A stretch of 64,000 bases of DNA from Alphaproteobacteria bacterium (GCA_965228895.1 OZ245842.1:4832001-4896000), one strand, 5' to 3'; shown: positions 1 to 12,471, counted from the first letter of the stretch. The notes: generated from the letters alone by a model not told the origin. Numbers and translations: made by a program.

Positions 1-132
1 GGTCGTTGTTAGGTAGAACCGCTGAACGGTTCCACCTAGCAACGTGAATCCGCTCTCTATCTATGAGTAAAGCAGATTCTCCCGATTAGATGGCATCGCA
101 AAGCGATTCCATCAAACCGGGATCTGCTTTAG
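1..132 (+). repeat. Family A double-hairpin repeat, copy 1 (5' end cut by window edge)
   Basis: GTTGTTAGGTAGAACCG/CGGTTCCACCTAGCAAC hairpin, then AAAGCAGAT...ATCTGCTTTAG; aligns with 5508-5647. Confidence 0.9.
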
Positions 133-208
133 GAGCGTGACACTACGCCGGTGCGCGGCCGGTGTCAGGCGGTCCGTCACGCAAGTCTGCCATGTTATGG
201 TGGCGGTG

Positions 209-925
209 ATGTTTCAGGACGTGGCCGATCTCAATGCCTTTTACAGGAGCCGCCTGGGCCAGACCGCCCGGCGCGTCGTGCTGCGGCGTGTCCGGACTTT
301 GTGGCCCGATCTTTCCGGTCAGCGGCTGATGGGCCTGGGTTACACCATGCCCTATCTGAGGGTCTTCAACGGCGAGGCCGAACGGGTCCTGGCGTTTTGC
401 CCGGCGGCCCAAGGCGTGATCCGCTGGCCCGAGGACGGCCCGGCCCAGGTCAGCCTGATCGATGAGGACCAGATCCCGCTCGACGACGAGAGCATGGACC
501 GCATCCTGCTGGCCCACGCGGTCGAAAACAGCGAACGCCAGCGCGACATGCTGCGCCAGGTATGGCGCGTCCTGGCGCCGGGCGGTCGTCTGCTGGTGGT
601 CGCCGCCAACCGCCGCGGCATGTGGGCGCGCGTCGATGCGACACCCTTCGGCCACGGCCACCCGTATAGCGAACACCAGCTGGACCGGCTGCTGCGCGCC
701 AGCATGTTCACGCCGCTCAGGACCGAGCACGCGCTCTATGTGCCGCCGATCCAGCGCGGCCTGTCACTGTGGTCGGCACCGGCCTGGGAACGCCTCGGCC
801 AGAGCTGGGGGCTACCGCTGCCCGGCGTCGTGATGATCGAAGCGTCGAAGCAGATGTACGGCGCCCTACCGGCCGGCGGCCGTCGTAGCGCTGCCCGGCT
901 CCTGGTGCCTGCGGGTGCCGGTTAA
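209..925 (+). CDS. Class I SAM-dependent methyltransferase (Methyltransf_11 / YafS-like)
   Basis: MGLGYTMPY, VWRVLAPGGRLLVVAANRRGMWAR and TPFGHGHPYS motifs; start placed at ATG 209 (ORF track starts at 137). Confidence 0.8.
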   Translation: MFQDVADLNAFYRSRLGQTARRVVLRRVRTLWPDLSGQRLMGLGYTMPYLRVFNGEAERVLAFCPAAQGVIRWPEDGPAQVSLIDEDQIPLDDESMDRILLAHAVENSERQRDMLRQVWRVLAPGGRLLVVAANRRGMWARVDATPFGHGHPYSEHQLDRLLRASMFTPLRTEHALYVPPIQRGLSLWSAPAWERLGQSWGLPLPGVVMIEASKQMYGALPAGGRRSAARLLVPAGAG

Positions 926-1512
926 CTGAAATCGCCGGCCAGCGCGTCGCGGGTCGCAGCGCTCAGCGTCGCGGCGTGGCTGTAGTTCTCGTGATCGATC
1001 TCCAGCGTCACCTTGGCGGCGGGATCGCGGAATGCGGCGACTTCCGCATCGCTGAACGGGAAACTCAGGAAATGCACCGATGACGTCTTGCCGTCGGGCG
1101 TGTTGCGCTCGGCATCCTGCAGCGGTTGCGCGGCGATGCGGTGATCGCCGACCACCATGAAGATCTTCTCGTCGATCCAGCCAAGGCGCTTCAGCTGCGC
1201 GTCACGGCGCACGGGGTCCTCGATCTCGATCATCATGGTGCAGGTCAGATTGCGGCCGCCCGGCACCAACGGATTATAGGCATCCAATTCGTCGGCAATC
1301 TGGTCCTCACCACCCTTTTCGATGTGCAGCATCTCGTGGATCTGATGCCACATGGTCTCGCGGCTCTCGAAGTAGAACGAGACGAACGGGCCGACATCGA
1401 TCCGGCGATGCTGCTTGATCTCCCGGAACTTCTTGCGGTGTTCGCGACGGTCGCGGGCGTAGTCCTCGCTCGCCAGGATGTCGTCGCGGGTGATTGGCTG
1501 CGCTGCGGTCAT
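922..1512 (-). CDS. DUF3501 family protein
   Basis: FESRETMWHQIHEMLHIEKGG, ELDAYNPLVP and GKTSSVHFL motifs; follows rubrerythrin and Fe-S oxidoreductase, the usual context; start at ATG 1512. Confidence 0.85.
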   Translation of the reverse strand: MTAAQPITRDDILASEDYARDRREHRKKFREIKQHRRIDVGPFVSFYFESRETMWHQIHEMLHIEKGGEDQIADELDAYNPLVPGGRNLTCTMMIEIEDPVRRDAQLKRLGWIDEKIFMVVGDHRIAAQPLQDAERNTPDGKTSSVHFLSFPFSDAEVAAFRDPAAKVTLEIDHENYSHAATLSAATRDALAGDFS

Positions 1513-1532
1513 GGTGTTCCTCGATTCTCTTG

Positions 1533-2882
1533 TTAGACGCCGCAAGCCTTGGCCATCAGCTCGACCGGATGGCATTGGCGCGGCGCCGGTGTCGTGCGCC
1601 CGTCCAGCATGTCGACGCCCTGCTGCACATGAAGCGAGGCGAGCGGACATTCCGAGGCGATCCAACCGGTGCCCTCGGGGTCGTTCTTGTTGGCGTCTCG
1701 GATAACCGGCTTGCCGATCTTCATGCCGATCTCGAAGTTCTGTTTCTTGATGCCCCAGGTCCCGCCATGGCCGGAGCAGCGTTCGATCACCTTGACCTCG
1801 GTGTCGGGGATCAGCCGCAGCATCTCGGCCGCCTTGGCGCCCATGTTCTGGGCTCGCGCGTGACAGGCGATGTGGAGCGTGATCGGACCGTCAAGGGATT
1901 TGAGATCGCCGGCCAGACCGTGGGTTTTCGCAATATCCACGATGTATTCGCTGGCGTCGCAGGTCGCCTCGGCAAGCGCCTGGACATCCGGGTCGTCGGG
2001 CACGATCAGCGGCCACTCGAACTTCATCATGAGGGCGCAGCTCGGCACCAGCGCGATCACCTTCTTGCCCGCCGCGATATGCGGTTTCATCGCCGCCGCG
2101 ACGGTCTTGGCGCGTTTGGTGACCTCAGCCAGGTTGCCCTGCTCCATCTGCGGCATGCCGCAGCAGACGGGATAGAGCACTTCCGTCTCGACACCGTTGC
2201 GCGCGAGAATGCGGCGCACGGCCTCGCCGATCTCCGGTGTGTTGTAGTTGGAAAAACAGGTCGCGTAGATCACCGCCTTCTGACCGAAGGCGGGCGCGTC
2301 TTTGTTGATCTCCAGATGATCGGACTTGGCTTCGCCCGCGAGCGTGCCGTGGGCGTATTTCGGCAACGCGGCGTCGCGGTGGATGTTGCAGACCTTTTCC
2401 AGGATCGGCCGGGTCAGCCCGTTGCCGCGCCTCGACCCCCAATTGGCAAGGCCCGCGACCTTGGTCGCCAGCTTGCCGTTGCCGTCGGTATCCGCCAGCT
2501 TCTTGTCCCAAAAGCTCGTCTCACCGCGCTGAAACTCGGCGACCCGGGCGCGCAGCATCAGATGCGGGAAGTCGAGATCGAACGCGTGTGGCGGCACATA
2601 GGGACACTTGGTCATGAAGCACATGTCGCAGAGCGTGCAGGCTTCGACGACCGGCGCGAAATCCTTGCTGTCGACGGTATCGAGTTCGCCTGATTCCGAC
2701 TCATCGATCAGGTCGAACAGGCGCGGGAAGGAATCGCACAGGTTGAAACAGCGCCGGCAGCCGTGACAGATGTCGAAGACGCGCCTTAGTTCCGCGTCGA
2801 TCTTGTCGGGATCGGTGAAGTCCGGGTTCTGCCAGTCGATGACATGACGCATAGGCGCGCCAAGACCGCCTTCCTGTGACAT
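1533..2882 (-). CDS. Rubrerythrin-associated Fe-S oxidoreductase (GlpC/HdrD-like, CCG domains)
   Basis: CHGCRRCFNLC and CTLCDMCFMTKCP 4Fe-4S motifs; CCG, HIACHAR and CSGHGG motifs. Confidence 0.85.
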   Translation of the reverse strand: MSQEGGLGAPMRHVIDWQNPDFTDPDKIDAELRRVFDICHGCRRCFNLCDSFPRLFDLIDESESGELDTVDSKDFAPVVEACTLCDMCFMTKCPYVPPHAFDLDFPHLMLRARVAEFQRGETSFWDKKLADTDGNGKLATKVAGLANWGSRRGNGLTRPILEKVCNIHRDAALPKYAHGTLAGEAKSDHLEINKDAPAFGQKAVIYATCFSNYNTPEIGEAVRRILARNGVETEVLYPVCCGMPQMEQGNLAEVTKRAKTVAAAMKPHIAAGKKVIALVPSCALMMKFEWPLIVPDDPDVQALAEATCDASEYIVDIAKTHGLAGDLKSLDGPITLHIACHARAQNMGAKAAEMLRLIPDTEVKVIERCSGHGGTWGIKKQNFEIGMKIGKPVIRDANKNDPEGTGWIASECPLASLHVQQGVDMLDGRTTPAPRQCHPVELMAKACGV

Positions 2883-2944
2883 CTGAAGGTCCCTTCCCCG
2901 TCAACGGGGCCGCGAGTCGTGGTGTCGAAGATTGGTGATCTGAG

Positions 2945-2971
2945 GTGGGGGCGACCTTAAGGCCGCCCCAC
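2945..2971. other. Intercistronic hairpin between rubrerythrin and Fe-S oxidoreductase
   Basis: GTGGGGGCGACC-TTAA-GGCCGCCCCAC imperfect inverted repeat with no T-tract. Confidence 0.5.
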
Positions 2972-2993
2972 GCCTTCAGACCATCACGGCCAC

Positions 2994-3413
2994 TCAGCCG
3001 TCGAGGGTATCGAGCGCCTTCTGGAAACGGCCGGCATGAGACTTCTCGGCCTTGGCCAAGGTCTCGAACCAATCGGCGATCTCGTCGAAACCTTCATCGC
3101 GCGCGGAGCGCGCCATGCCCGGGTACATATCCGTGTACTCGTGGGTTTCGCCGGCGATCGCAGCCTTGAGGTTCAGGTCCGTGGCGCCGATCGGCTCACC
3201 GGTCGCGGGATCACCGACCTCCTCGAGAAACTCCAGATGGCCGTGGGCATGACCGGTCTCACCTTCGGCGGTCGACCGGAACACGGCGGCGACGTCGTTG
3301 TAACCTTCGACATCGGCTTTTTGTGCGAAATAGAGATAGCGGCGGTTGGCCTGGCTTTCGCCAGCAAACGCATCTTTCAGATTCTGTTCGGTCTTGGAAC
3401 CGGCAAGCGCCAT
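2994..3413 (-). CDS. Rubrerythrin (short form, no rubredoxin domain)
   Basis: [41 protein letters not shown] and AEKSHA diiron motifs; start at ATG 3413. Confidence 0.93.
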   Translation of the reverse strand: MALAGSKTEQNLKDAFAGESQANRRYLYFAQKADVEGYNDVAAVFRSTAEGETGHAHGHLEFLEEVGDPATGEPIGATDLNLKAAIAGETHEYTDMYPGMARSARDEGFDEIADWFETLAKAEKSHAGRFQKALDTLDG

Positions 3414-3483
3414 GGTCGTTCTCCCTGTAGGCCGTCTGACAAAAATGAGCTTGGCGTCCAGACACACTGGCGCCTCTTGATTA

Positions 3484-3500
3484 TTTAGAATTGCTCTAAA
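3484..3500. promoter_or_regulatory. Irr-binding iron control element (ICE box)
   Basis: TTTAGAA-TTG-CTCTAAA against consensus TTTAGAA-N3-TTCTAAA (1 mismatch); about 70 bp upstream of rubrerythrin and next to irr. Confidence 0.85.
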
Positions 3501-3549
3501 GTAATGTCAAGACGGCTCGCCCGGTTTTTTCACCGGCGGGAGCGATTTG

Positions 3550-3972
3550 TCAGTCGTCGGTCGGGGAGATCCTGACGACAACATCGACCTGTTCGATAGC
3601 CATGCCGTCAGGCGGCGTTGGCAGCGAGCCGACGGCAACATGGTCGCCGGGAATGTCGATCAGTTCCTGATCGACCGTGTTGTAGAAGTGATGGTGGTGA
3701 CCGGTGTTGGTATCGAAGTACGAACGCTGCGCATCGACCACGACCTGGCGCAACAGGCCGGCCTCGGTGAACTGATGCAGCGTGTTGTAGACGGTCGCGA
3801 GCGACACCCTGACACCCGACTCCACGGCTTCGCGATGGAGCACCTCGGCGGTCACGTGCCGGTCGCCGGCGCCATACAGCAGACCCGCGAGGTCGCGGCG
3901 TTGGCGCGTCGGACGCAGACCCGCATTGCGCAGGCGCTGGTCCAGATCATGAAGGGTCAGATAAGCGGACAT
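3550..3972 (-). CDS. irr: Iron response regulator Irr (Fur family)
   Basis: GLRPTRQR, RHVTAEVLH, VSLATVYNTLHQFTEAGLL and YFDTNTGHHHHFY (Irr HHH motif). Confidence 0.9.
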   Translation of the reverse strand: MSAYLTLHDLDQRLRNAGLRPTRQRRDLAGLLYGAGDRHVTAEVLHREAVESGVRVSLATVYNTLHQFTEAGLLRQVVVDAQRSYFDTNTGHHHHFYNTVDQELIDIPGDHVAVGSLPTPPDGMAIEQVDVVVRISPTDD

Positions 3973-4091
3973 GGCTCAAATATAAGAACGTTCTTTGGAA
4001 TTACTATAGAAAACGACGGGATCGTGACCGCTGACACTCGTTTCGACCGTTTGGGCGCCGATTCTGTGCTGATTCGCACAGTTTTTGCGGT

Positions 4092-5489
4092 CTATTGGCC
4101 GGTTTTCAGCCGTTCCATGAGTTCGCCAACGGTCGGCACGAAGCCGTTCGAATACCAGGGATCGCTGGCGAACCGGAAGGCGTTATGGCCGGCGAACATC
4201 AGCTGTGTCTCGATATCGTCGGAGTGACTGATGGTCTGCAGGGTCTTTTGAATACAGTAACTCCTGGGGTCCGGCTTCTTGCCGGTCGTGCCGCCATCAT
4301 CACACTTCCAGTTGGAGAACCGGCACTGGGACAGACATCCCATGCAGTCGATCTGGTCGGTGCGGATCTGACCGGCCTTTTCTTCCGTGACGAACACCAG
4401 GGTCGAATCCGGTGTCTTCATCGGCTCGTCGAAGCCTTGGGCAATCCAGCCGTTGACGTGTTGGAGATCGTGTTCGGTCAGGTAGATCGGGCGTTTGCGC
4501 GGGCCGAACGGGAACGCTTCCGTGTGGTCGCCGACCACCTCGGTCGTATAGGCGACCTGGCGGCTGTTACGGTCTTTCAGCTCGCGCAAAAAACTGTTCT
4601 CGACCGCCGACGAATAGAACCCGGTCGGCGAGAAGCGGTTGAGATAGATATCACCCTCATGAAGGGTCAGCAGTCGCCGCTTCCAGGCATCGGAGATCGG
4701 GCTTTCGACGGTCAAGAGCGGGCGGGTGCCGAACTGGAAAGCGATCGGCCCGACTTCCGGGTTATCGAGCCAGTCCTCCCACTCGTCGACCCGCCAGACG
4801 CCACCGGCCATGAAGATCGGCGTCTGGTCGAGGCCGTGGTCGCGCATGGTTTTTCTCAGTTCGACGACGCGCGGATAGGGATCTTCCGGCTTTTCCGGGT
4901 CCTCGACGTTCGACAAGCCGTTATGACCGCCGGCGCGCCAGGGGTCTTCATAGACGACGCCGCCGAGCCATTCGGGGAACTTGTGATAGGCGCGCTTCCA
5001 CAGGATCTGGAAGGCCCGCGCGGACGAGACGATGGGGTAATAATAGACGCTGTAGTTGGCGCAGATCTGCGCCATGCGATAGGGCATGCCGGCGCCGCAG
5101 GTGACGCCCTGGATCAGCCCCTTGGCCTTCTCCAGAACCCCATGCAGCACGCGCTCGCAGGCCGCCATCTCCCACAAGACGTTCATGTGGATGGCGCCTT
5201 CGCCGCCGGAAATTTCGTGCGCCATGCGCGCCTGATGCACGCCGCCGGCAACCGAATAGGCGACCAACTCCTCATGGCGTTCGCGGCGGTTCTTGCCGTG
5301 ATAGATCTGATCGATGTAGGCGCCGCTTTCGTCAAACGAGTCGGCGTTGACACCAGAGAATGTACCGACGCCACCGGTCGCCGCCCAGGCACCGGAGCTT
5401 TCGCCATTCGAAATCGAAATGCCCTTGCCGCCTTCGACCAGCGGCAAGACCTCACGACCCGAGATCGTTACTGCGTTCAGCGATTTCAC
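4092..5489 (-). CDS. Nitronate monooxygenase-family NAD(P)H-dependent flavin oxidoreductase
   Basis: PLVEGGKG, GVTCGAGMP, AGGHNG and FQFGTRPL motifs; C-terminal CMGCLSQC; GTG start. Confidence 0.8.
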   Translation of the reverse strand: MKSLNAVTISGREVLPLVEGGKGISISNGESSGAWAATGGVGTFSGVNADSFDESGAYIDQIYHGKNRRERHEELVAYSVAGGVHQARMAHEISGGEGAIHMNVLWEMAACERVLHGVLEKAKGLIQGVTCGAGMPYRMAQICANYSVYYYPIVSSARAFQILWKRAYHKFPEWLGGVVYEDPWRAGGHNGLSNVEDPEKPEDPYPRVVELRKTMRDHGLDQTPIFMAGGVWRVDEWEDWLDNPEVGPIAFQFGTRPLLTVESPISDAWKRRLLTLHEGDIYLNRFSPTGFYSSAVENSFLRELKDRNSRQVAYTTEVVGDHTEAFPFGPRKRPIYLTEHDLQHVNGWIAQGFDEPMKTPDSTLVFVTEEKAGQIRTDQIDCMGCLSQCRFSNWKCDDGGTTGKKPDPRSYCIQKTLQTISHSDDIETQLMFAGHNAFRFASDPWYSNGFVPTVGELMERLKTGQ

Positions 5490-5507
5490 GCGTTCTCGTT
5501 TCCGGTC

Positions 5508-5647
5508 CTAGAGCGGGTCGTGGATAGGTGGAACCGCTGAACGGTTCCACCTATCCACGTGAAGCCGCTCTCTATCTACAAGTAGAGCAGATTCACCCGA
5601 TTTGATGGCATCGCGAAGCGATTCCATCAAATCGGGATCTGCTCTAG
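5508..5647 (+). repeat. Family A double-hairpin repeat, copy 2 (complete, CTAG at both ends; MITE-like)
   Basis: CTAGAGCGG...perfect 17-bp stem GTGGATAGGTGGAACCG/CGGTTCCACCTATCCAC...TAGAGCAGAT...ATCTGCTCTAG. Confidence 0.92.
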
Positions 5648-5806
5648 GCACCAAACCCATATCACCCATAAGACTGCACCGACCATCGTTGCCGTCGTCA
5701 TAATGTAATGACGCCGACCTGCAAGCGCCAGAGCAAGATGGCATTGCAACGGACCGGACCGAAACGCGAAACGCGCTCTGCTTCAACAACTTAAGCCCCC
5801 GTACAC

Positions 5807-5831
5807 GCCCCACATCATATGGATGTGGGGC
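5807..5831 (-). terminator. Hairpin downstream of pnp (possible terminator)
   Basis: GCCCCACATC-ATATG-GATGTGGGGC perfect 10-bp stem about 25 bp after the pnp stop; poor U-tract. Confidence 0.5.
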
Positions 5832-5855
5832 GATCGGGATCGCGGCCGCGGGCGT

Positions 5856-8018
<2,163 letters not shown>

Positions 8019-8250
8019 TATTCCTCGTTCCTTCCTTCTGCTTTCAGTGGCATGGCCAGGAACCGCCCCATGCGGATCGTGACCCCGCCGTACCGTGGTT
8101 TCGGACCATCAGGCACGGTCGGTCGGTCTCTGTGTCGGCCTCGCCATTGCGTCGCAACGCAGCGCGATGACCAGGAGACCGGCCCTTTCGTGATAGGCCC
8201 TGGCGCCAGACAAATAGACAAGGGGACGCCTAGAGCGCCCCCAAACGTCG

Positions 8251-8520
8251 TCAGCGTCTGATGCCAAGACTCTTGATAAGCGTCGCGTAACGATCATCGT
8301 CAATACGGCGCAGATAATCGAGCAAGCGACGGCGACGGCTGACCAACAACAGCAGACCTCGCCGTGAGTGCTTGTCCTTTTTATGAGTCTTGAAATGGTC
8401 GGTGAGGTTGGTGATCCGTTCCGTCAGGATCGCTACCTGGACCTCGGGTGAACCTGTGTCACCATCCGCGCGGCCAAATTCCTTGACCAGCTCGGTCTTA
8501 CGTTCTGCCGTGATCGACAT
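8251..8520 (-). CDS. rpsO: 30S ribosomal protein S15
   Basis: MSITAERK...[16 protein letters not shown]...[12 protein letters not shown]; 89 aa. Confidence 0.98.
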   Translation of the reverse strand: MSITAERKTELVKEFGRADGDTGSPEVQVAILTERITNLTDHFKTHKKDKHSRRGLLLLVSRRRRLLDYLRRIDDDRYATLIKSLGIRR

Positions 8521-9433
8521 CGTGGCTCCGTTTCTTGTCGAGATTAAACACGCGTAATGGCCGAACCGCTCCGTCGGCCACCTCGGCAATTGCTACCAGG
8601 CGACCGGACGCTGTGGCCCGGACCGTACCGCTTTTCTCTCCGGGAACCTGGATCGCCTGCCCGCAGGTAAGGCGGGTCGCGGCGGTTTCGCTCAAAGTCA
8701 GCGCCGGGATGTCGTCCAGCGCTGCCTCGACCGGCAACAGGTGCCCCGAGAGCGCGGGACTATGCCCAAACTGCTCCAGGGTTTCCAGCGAAATCGCGCG
8801 GTCCAGCTGAAACGGCCCGACCCGGGTTCGGCGCAGGGCCGCGACGTGACCGCAGGTGCCCAGAACCGCCGCCAGATCGCGGGCCAAAGCACGAACATAG
8901 GTCCCTTTGCCGCAATCCAGTTCAAAAACCGCATGATCCGGATCCGTGACCTCGATCAGGTCCAAGCGCTCGATCAACACCCGCCGGGGCCTGAGCGACG
9001 GCACCTTGCCGGCGCGGGCGAGGTCATAGGCGCGCCGGCCATCCACCTTGAGCGCCGAATAGCGCGGCGGTAGCTGGTGGATCTGGCCCTCGAACTGTTT
9101 GATCGCGGCGGCAATCTGGCCGGGATCGGGTCGGACATCGGAGGTCGCCGTGACCTCGCCTTCGCTGTCATCGGTATCGCGGTCCTCGCCCCAGCGCAGC
9201 GTGAAGCGGTAGCTTTTCTTGCCGTCCTGGCACCAGGCCACCGTCTTGGTCGCCTCGCCGAGTGCTACCGGCAGGATCCCGGTGGCCATGGGATCAAGCG
9301 TGCCGCCATGACCGGCCTTGCGCGCGCCCAGCAACCCGCGAACCCGCGCCGTCGCCTTGGTCGACGACAGGCCGAGCGGTTTGTCCAGCACCACCCAGCC
9401 GTCGATGTCCTGGCCCTTTCGCCTACGACCCAT
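8498..9433 (-). CDS. truB: tRNA pseudouridine(55) synthase
   Basis: [33 protein letters not shown] and [12 protein letters not shown] motifs; start at ATG 9433. Confidence 0.96.
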   Translation of the reverse strand: MGRRRKGQDIDGWVVLDKPLGLSSTKATARVRGLLGARKAGHGGTLDPMATGILPVALGEATKTVAWCQDGKKSYRFTLRWGEDRDTDDSEGEVTATSDVRPDPGQIAAAIKQFEGQIHQLPPRYSALKVDGRRAYDLARAGKVPSLRPRRVLIERLDLIEVTDPDHAVFELDCGKGTYVRALARDLAAVLGTCGHVAALRRTRVGPFQLDRAISLETLEQFGHSPALSGHLLPVEAALDDIPALTLSETAATRLTCGQAIQVPGEKSGTVRATASGRLVAIAEVADGAVRPLRVFNLDKKRSHDVDHGRT

Positions 9434-9794
9434 CGCTGTCTTTGAGCAGTTGATCGATGCGCTCTGCATATTCATAGCCGCGGTCGGCGCGGAACGTGAG
9501 GTCCGGGGTGAAACGCAGCCGCACCTGGCGGCCGACCTGGGTCCGCAGATAAGGCTTGGCGCGGTCGAGGCCGGCGATCACCTCGTCGGTCTCCTCGCCG
9601 CCCAGGGGCAGGACAAACACGGTGGCATAGCGCAGGTCGCGGCTCATCCGCACTTCGGTCACGGTTATCGCACGCCCGCTCAAAGCGGGGTCGCGCAGTT
9701 CGCCACGGGCGATGATCTCGGCCAAGACGTGGCGAATTTCTTCGCCAACGCGCAGCTGCCGCTGACCCGCCTCAGGTCTTGCTTGTTTCGTCAT
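9423..9794 (-). CDS. rbfA: Ribosome-binding factor A
   Basis: RQLRVGEEIRH, ITVTEVRMSRDLRYATVFV and LRFTPDLTF motifs. Confidence 0.96.
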   Translation of the reverse strand: MTKQARPEAGQRQLRVGEEIRHVLAEIIARGELRDPALSGRAITVTEVRMSRDLRYATVFVLPLGGEETDEVIAGLDRAKPYLRTQVGRQVRLRFTPDLTFRADRGYEYAERIDQLLKDSDGS

Positions 9795-9844
9795 AACTCA
9801 CGTTACGGGGGCGTCTTCAGCCCCGGCCTCTATGCACGAACACC

Positions 9845-12469
9845 CTAGCTGGCGAGCGTGCGGGCTACCTCCTGAAGCTCGTAGGCTTCGATTTCGTCGC
9901 CGACTTCCACATCATGGAAGCCGTCGAGCTGAATGCCGCATTCCTGGCCGGCCTTGATCTCGCGCACCTCGTCCTTGTGGTGCTTGAGGTTCTTGATCGC
10001 GCCATCGAACAGCGGCACGCCGTTGCGCAGCACCCGAACCCTGGCATTGCGGCGAACGACACCGTCGAGCACACGGCAACCGGCAATACGACCGATCTTG
10101 GTGATGTCGAAGGTCTCCAGCACCTGAACCGCGCCCAGCACCTTTTCTTCGCTGTGCGGCGCCAGCATGCCCGAGAGCATGTCGCGGACGTCATCCAGCA
10201 GTTCATAGATGATGTTGTAGTAACGCAGCTCGACGCCTTCGCGTTCGGCCAGCGTACGGGCCTGACTGTTGGCGCGGACGCCAAAACCAACGACGATCGC
10301 GTTCGACGCCTTGGCCAGTGTGATGTCGCTTTCGGTGATGCCGCCGACCGCGCTCAGCAGAACCTTGGCCGCGACCTCGTCGGTCGCGAACTGCTCCAGG
10401 CTGGCGGTGATTGCCTCGGCGGAACCTTGCACGTCGGTCTTGATGACCATCGGCAGCTCTTTCAACTCGCCGGAGGCAATGTTGGCAAACATCTGCTCCA
10501 ACGAGGCACGGCCACCGGCGGTGATCTTGTCGTCGCGTTCCTGCTCCTCGCGATAGGTCGAAACCTCGCGCGCGCGCTTATCGTTCTCGACAACTTGGAA
10601 CTCGCTGCCGGCATCGGGCGTGCCGCCCAGGCCGAGCGCTTCGACCGGGAACGACGGGCCAGCCGTCTTGACGTTCTTGCCGCGATCGTCGAGCAGGGCA
10701 CGAACGCGGCCCCATTCCTTGCCGACCACCATGATGTCGCCGACGTGAAGCGTGCCGCGCTGCACCAGCACCGTGGTGACGGCGCCGCGACCCTTCTCCA
10801 GCTTCGCCTCGACCACGATGCCCTCGGCACTGCGGTCGGGGTTGGCGGCCAGTTCCATAACCTCGGCCTGCAACAGGATGGCTTCTTCCAGTTTGTCGAG
10901 GCCATCGCCCTTGGTCGCGGAAACTTCCACGTCCAACACATCGCCGCCCATCTTTTCGACGACCAGATCGTGCTGCAGTAGATCCTGACGCACGCGATCG
11001 GGATCGGCACCGGGCAGATCGCACTTATTGATCGCGATGATGATCGGAACCTCCGCCGCCTTGGCGTGGTCGATCGCTTCCTTGGTCTGGGGCATGACAC
11101 CGTCATCGGCTGCGACCACAAGAATGACGATATCGGTCACGCTGGCGCCACGTGCGCGCATGGCGGTGAACGCCGCATGGCCCGGCGTATCCAGGAAGGT
11201 GATCTTGTGGCCACCGGCGAGCGTCACCTGATAGGCGCCGATATGCTGGGTGATGCCACCGGCCTCGCCCGACGCAACATCGGTCTTGCGCAGCGCGTCC
11301 AAAAGCGAGGTCTTGCCGTGATCGACATGACCCATCACGGTGACGACGGGCGGGCGCGGCTGCTTGGCTTCATCGGGATCTTCGTCGCGTTTCAAACCCA
11401 CCTCGACATCGGCTGCGGCCACACGTTTGACCTTGTGACCGAACTCCTCGACCAGCAGTTCGGCGGTATCCGCATCGATCGCCTGGTTGATGGTCACCAT
11501 TTGACCCATGTCCATGAGCCTCTTGATGACATCGCCACCACGCACGGCCATGCGGTTGGACAGTTCCTGAACCGTGATGGCCTCCGGGATAACGACCTCG
11601 CGGACGACCTTCTTGGAACCGCCGCCTTGCTTCTGGCCCATCTGCTGCTGGCGCAGTTTCTCACGGGCGCGGCGCGCTGCGGCCAGGCTGCGTGCGCGGC
11701 CTTCCTCGTCCTCGGCACCCAGGGCCTCGGACACGGTAAGCTTGCCGCCACGCCGGCGCGGTTCGTTGCGCGAGCGCGGCGCCAGACGCGAGCGCCGGTC
11801 TTTGGCGCTCTTGCGTTCGGCTTCTTGCGTTTCGGCATCGGCGCGTCCACGCGGAGCGCTCTGCGGTGCCGCGGCAGCGCCTTCGGCCGGTGCCTCTTCG
11901 TCAAGCAGCCGCGCGGCCTGCACCTCGGCCTTCAGACGCGACTCCTCTTCCTTGGCCCGGCGCTCTTCCTCTTCCTTGGCGCGCTTTTCGGATTCCTCGC
12001 GTTCGACCGCAGCCTGTTTCTCTTCCTCGGCGCGACGGACCGCGTCTTCCTCGGCGCGCTTGCGCGCTTCCTCCTCGGACTTGCGGGCCTCGCCAAGGGC
12101 GCGGACACGGCTCGCGCGCTCCTCGGATGTCAGGTTTTTCAGGACAATCGGCGCGCGGGCATCCTGCGGCGTATCAACCACGGGCGCCGGCTTGGCCGGC
12201 GCCTCAGCCTTGGCTGCGGCTTTGGGTTCGGTCTTTGCTTCGGGCGCCGGCGGCTCCTTGGCCTCAACCTTCTCCGGCTCGGCTGCGGGCGCGCGACCGG
12301 GTTTGATGACCCGCCGCTTCTTGACCTCGACCGCAACCTGCTTAGAGCGGCCCCGTGGGAAGTTCTGGCGTACCTGGCCACCGTCGACAGTCGTCTTGAG
12401 GTCGAGCCGTCCGGGACGGTTCACGCTCAACGTCTTGCCTTTGGCTTCCTTATCCGTCGTCTCAGCCAT
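9845..12469 (-). CDS. infB: Translation initiation factor IF-2
   Basis: [28 protein letters not shown] and NKCD GTPase motifs. Confidence 0.98.
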   Translation of the reverse strand: MAETTDKEAKGKTLSVNRPGRLDLKTTVDGGQVRQNFPRGRSKQVAVEVKKRRVIKPGRAPAAEPEKVEAKEPPAPEAKTEPKAAAKAEAPAKPAPVVDTPQDARAPIVLKNLTSEERASRVRALGEARKSEEEARKRAEEDAVRRAEEEKQAAVEREESEKRAKEEEERRAKEEESRLKAEVQAARLLDEEAPAEGAAAAPQSAPRGRADAETQEAERKSAKDRRSRLAPRSRNEPRRRGGKLTVSEALGAEDEEGRARSLAAARRAREKLRQQQMGQKQGGGSKKVVREVVIPEAITVQELSNRMAVRGGDVIKRLMDMGQMVTINQAIDADTAELLVEEFGHKVKRVAAADVEVGLKRDEDPDEAKQPRPPVVTVMGHVDHGKTSLLDALRKTDVASGEAGGITQHIGAYQVTLAGGHKITFLDTPGHAAFTAMRARGASVTDIVILVVAADDGVMPQTKEAIDHAKAAEVPIIIAINKCDLPGADPDRVRQDLLQHDLVVEKMGGDVLDVEVSATKGDGLDKLEEAILLQAEVMELAANPDRSAEGIVVEAKLEKGRGAVTTVLVQRGTLHVGDIMVVGKEWGRVRALLDDRGKNVKTAGPSFPVEALGLGGTPDAGSEFQVVENDKRAREVSTYREEQERDDKITAGGRASLEQMFANIASGELKELPMVIKTDVQGSAEAITASLEQFATDEVAAKVLLSAVGGITESDITLAKASNAIVVGFGVRANSQARTLAEREGVELRYYNIIYELLDDVRDMLSGMLAPHSEEKVLGAVQVLETFDITKIGRIAGCRVLDGVVRRNARVRVLRNGVPLFDGAIKNLKHHKDEVREIKAGQECGIQLDGFHDVEVGDEIEAYELQEVARTLAS

Positions 12470-12471
12470 CT

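Noticed and set aside
5508-5813. Small ORFs 5508-5813 (-) and 32986-33279 (-) with similar C-terminal peptides
   Set aside because: The similarity comes entirely from the family A repeat they run through; no independent coding evidence.
8050-8185. Imperfect direct repeat (ATGGCCAGGAACCGCCC / ATGACCAGGAGACCGGCCC) in the pnp leader
   Set aside because: Short, GC-rich and gapped; could be chance or part of the ordinary pnp leader structure.
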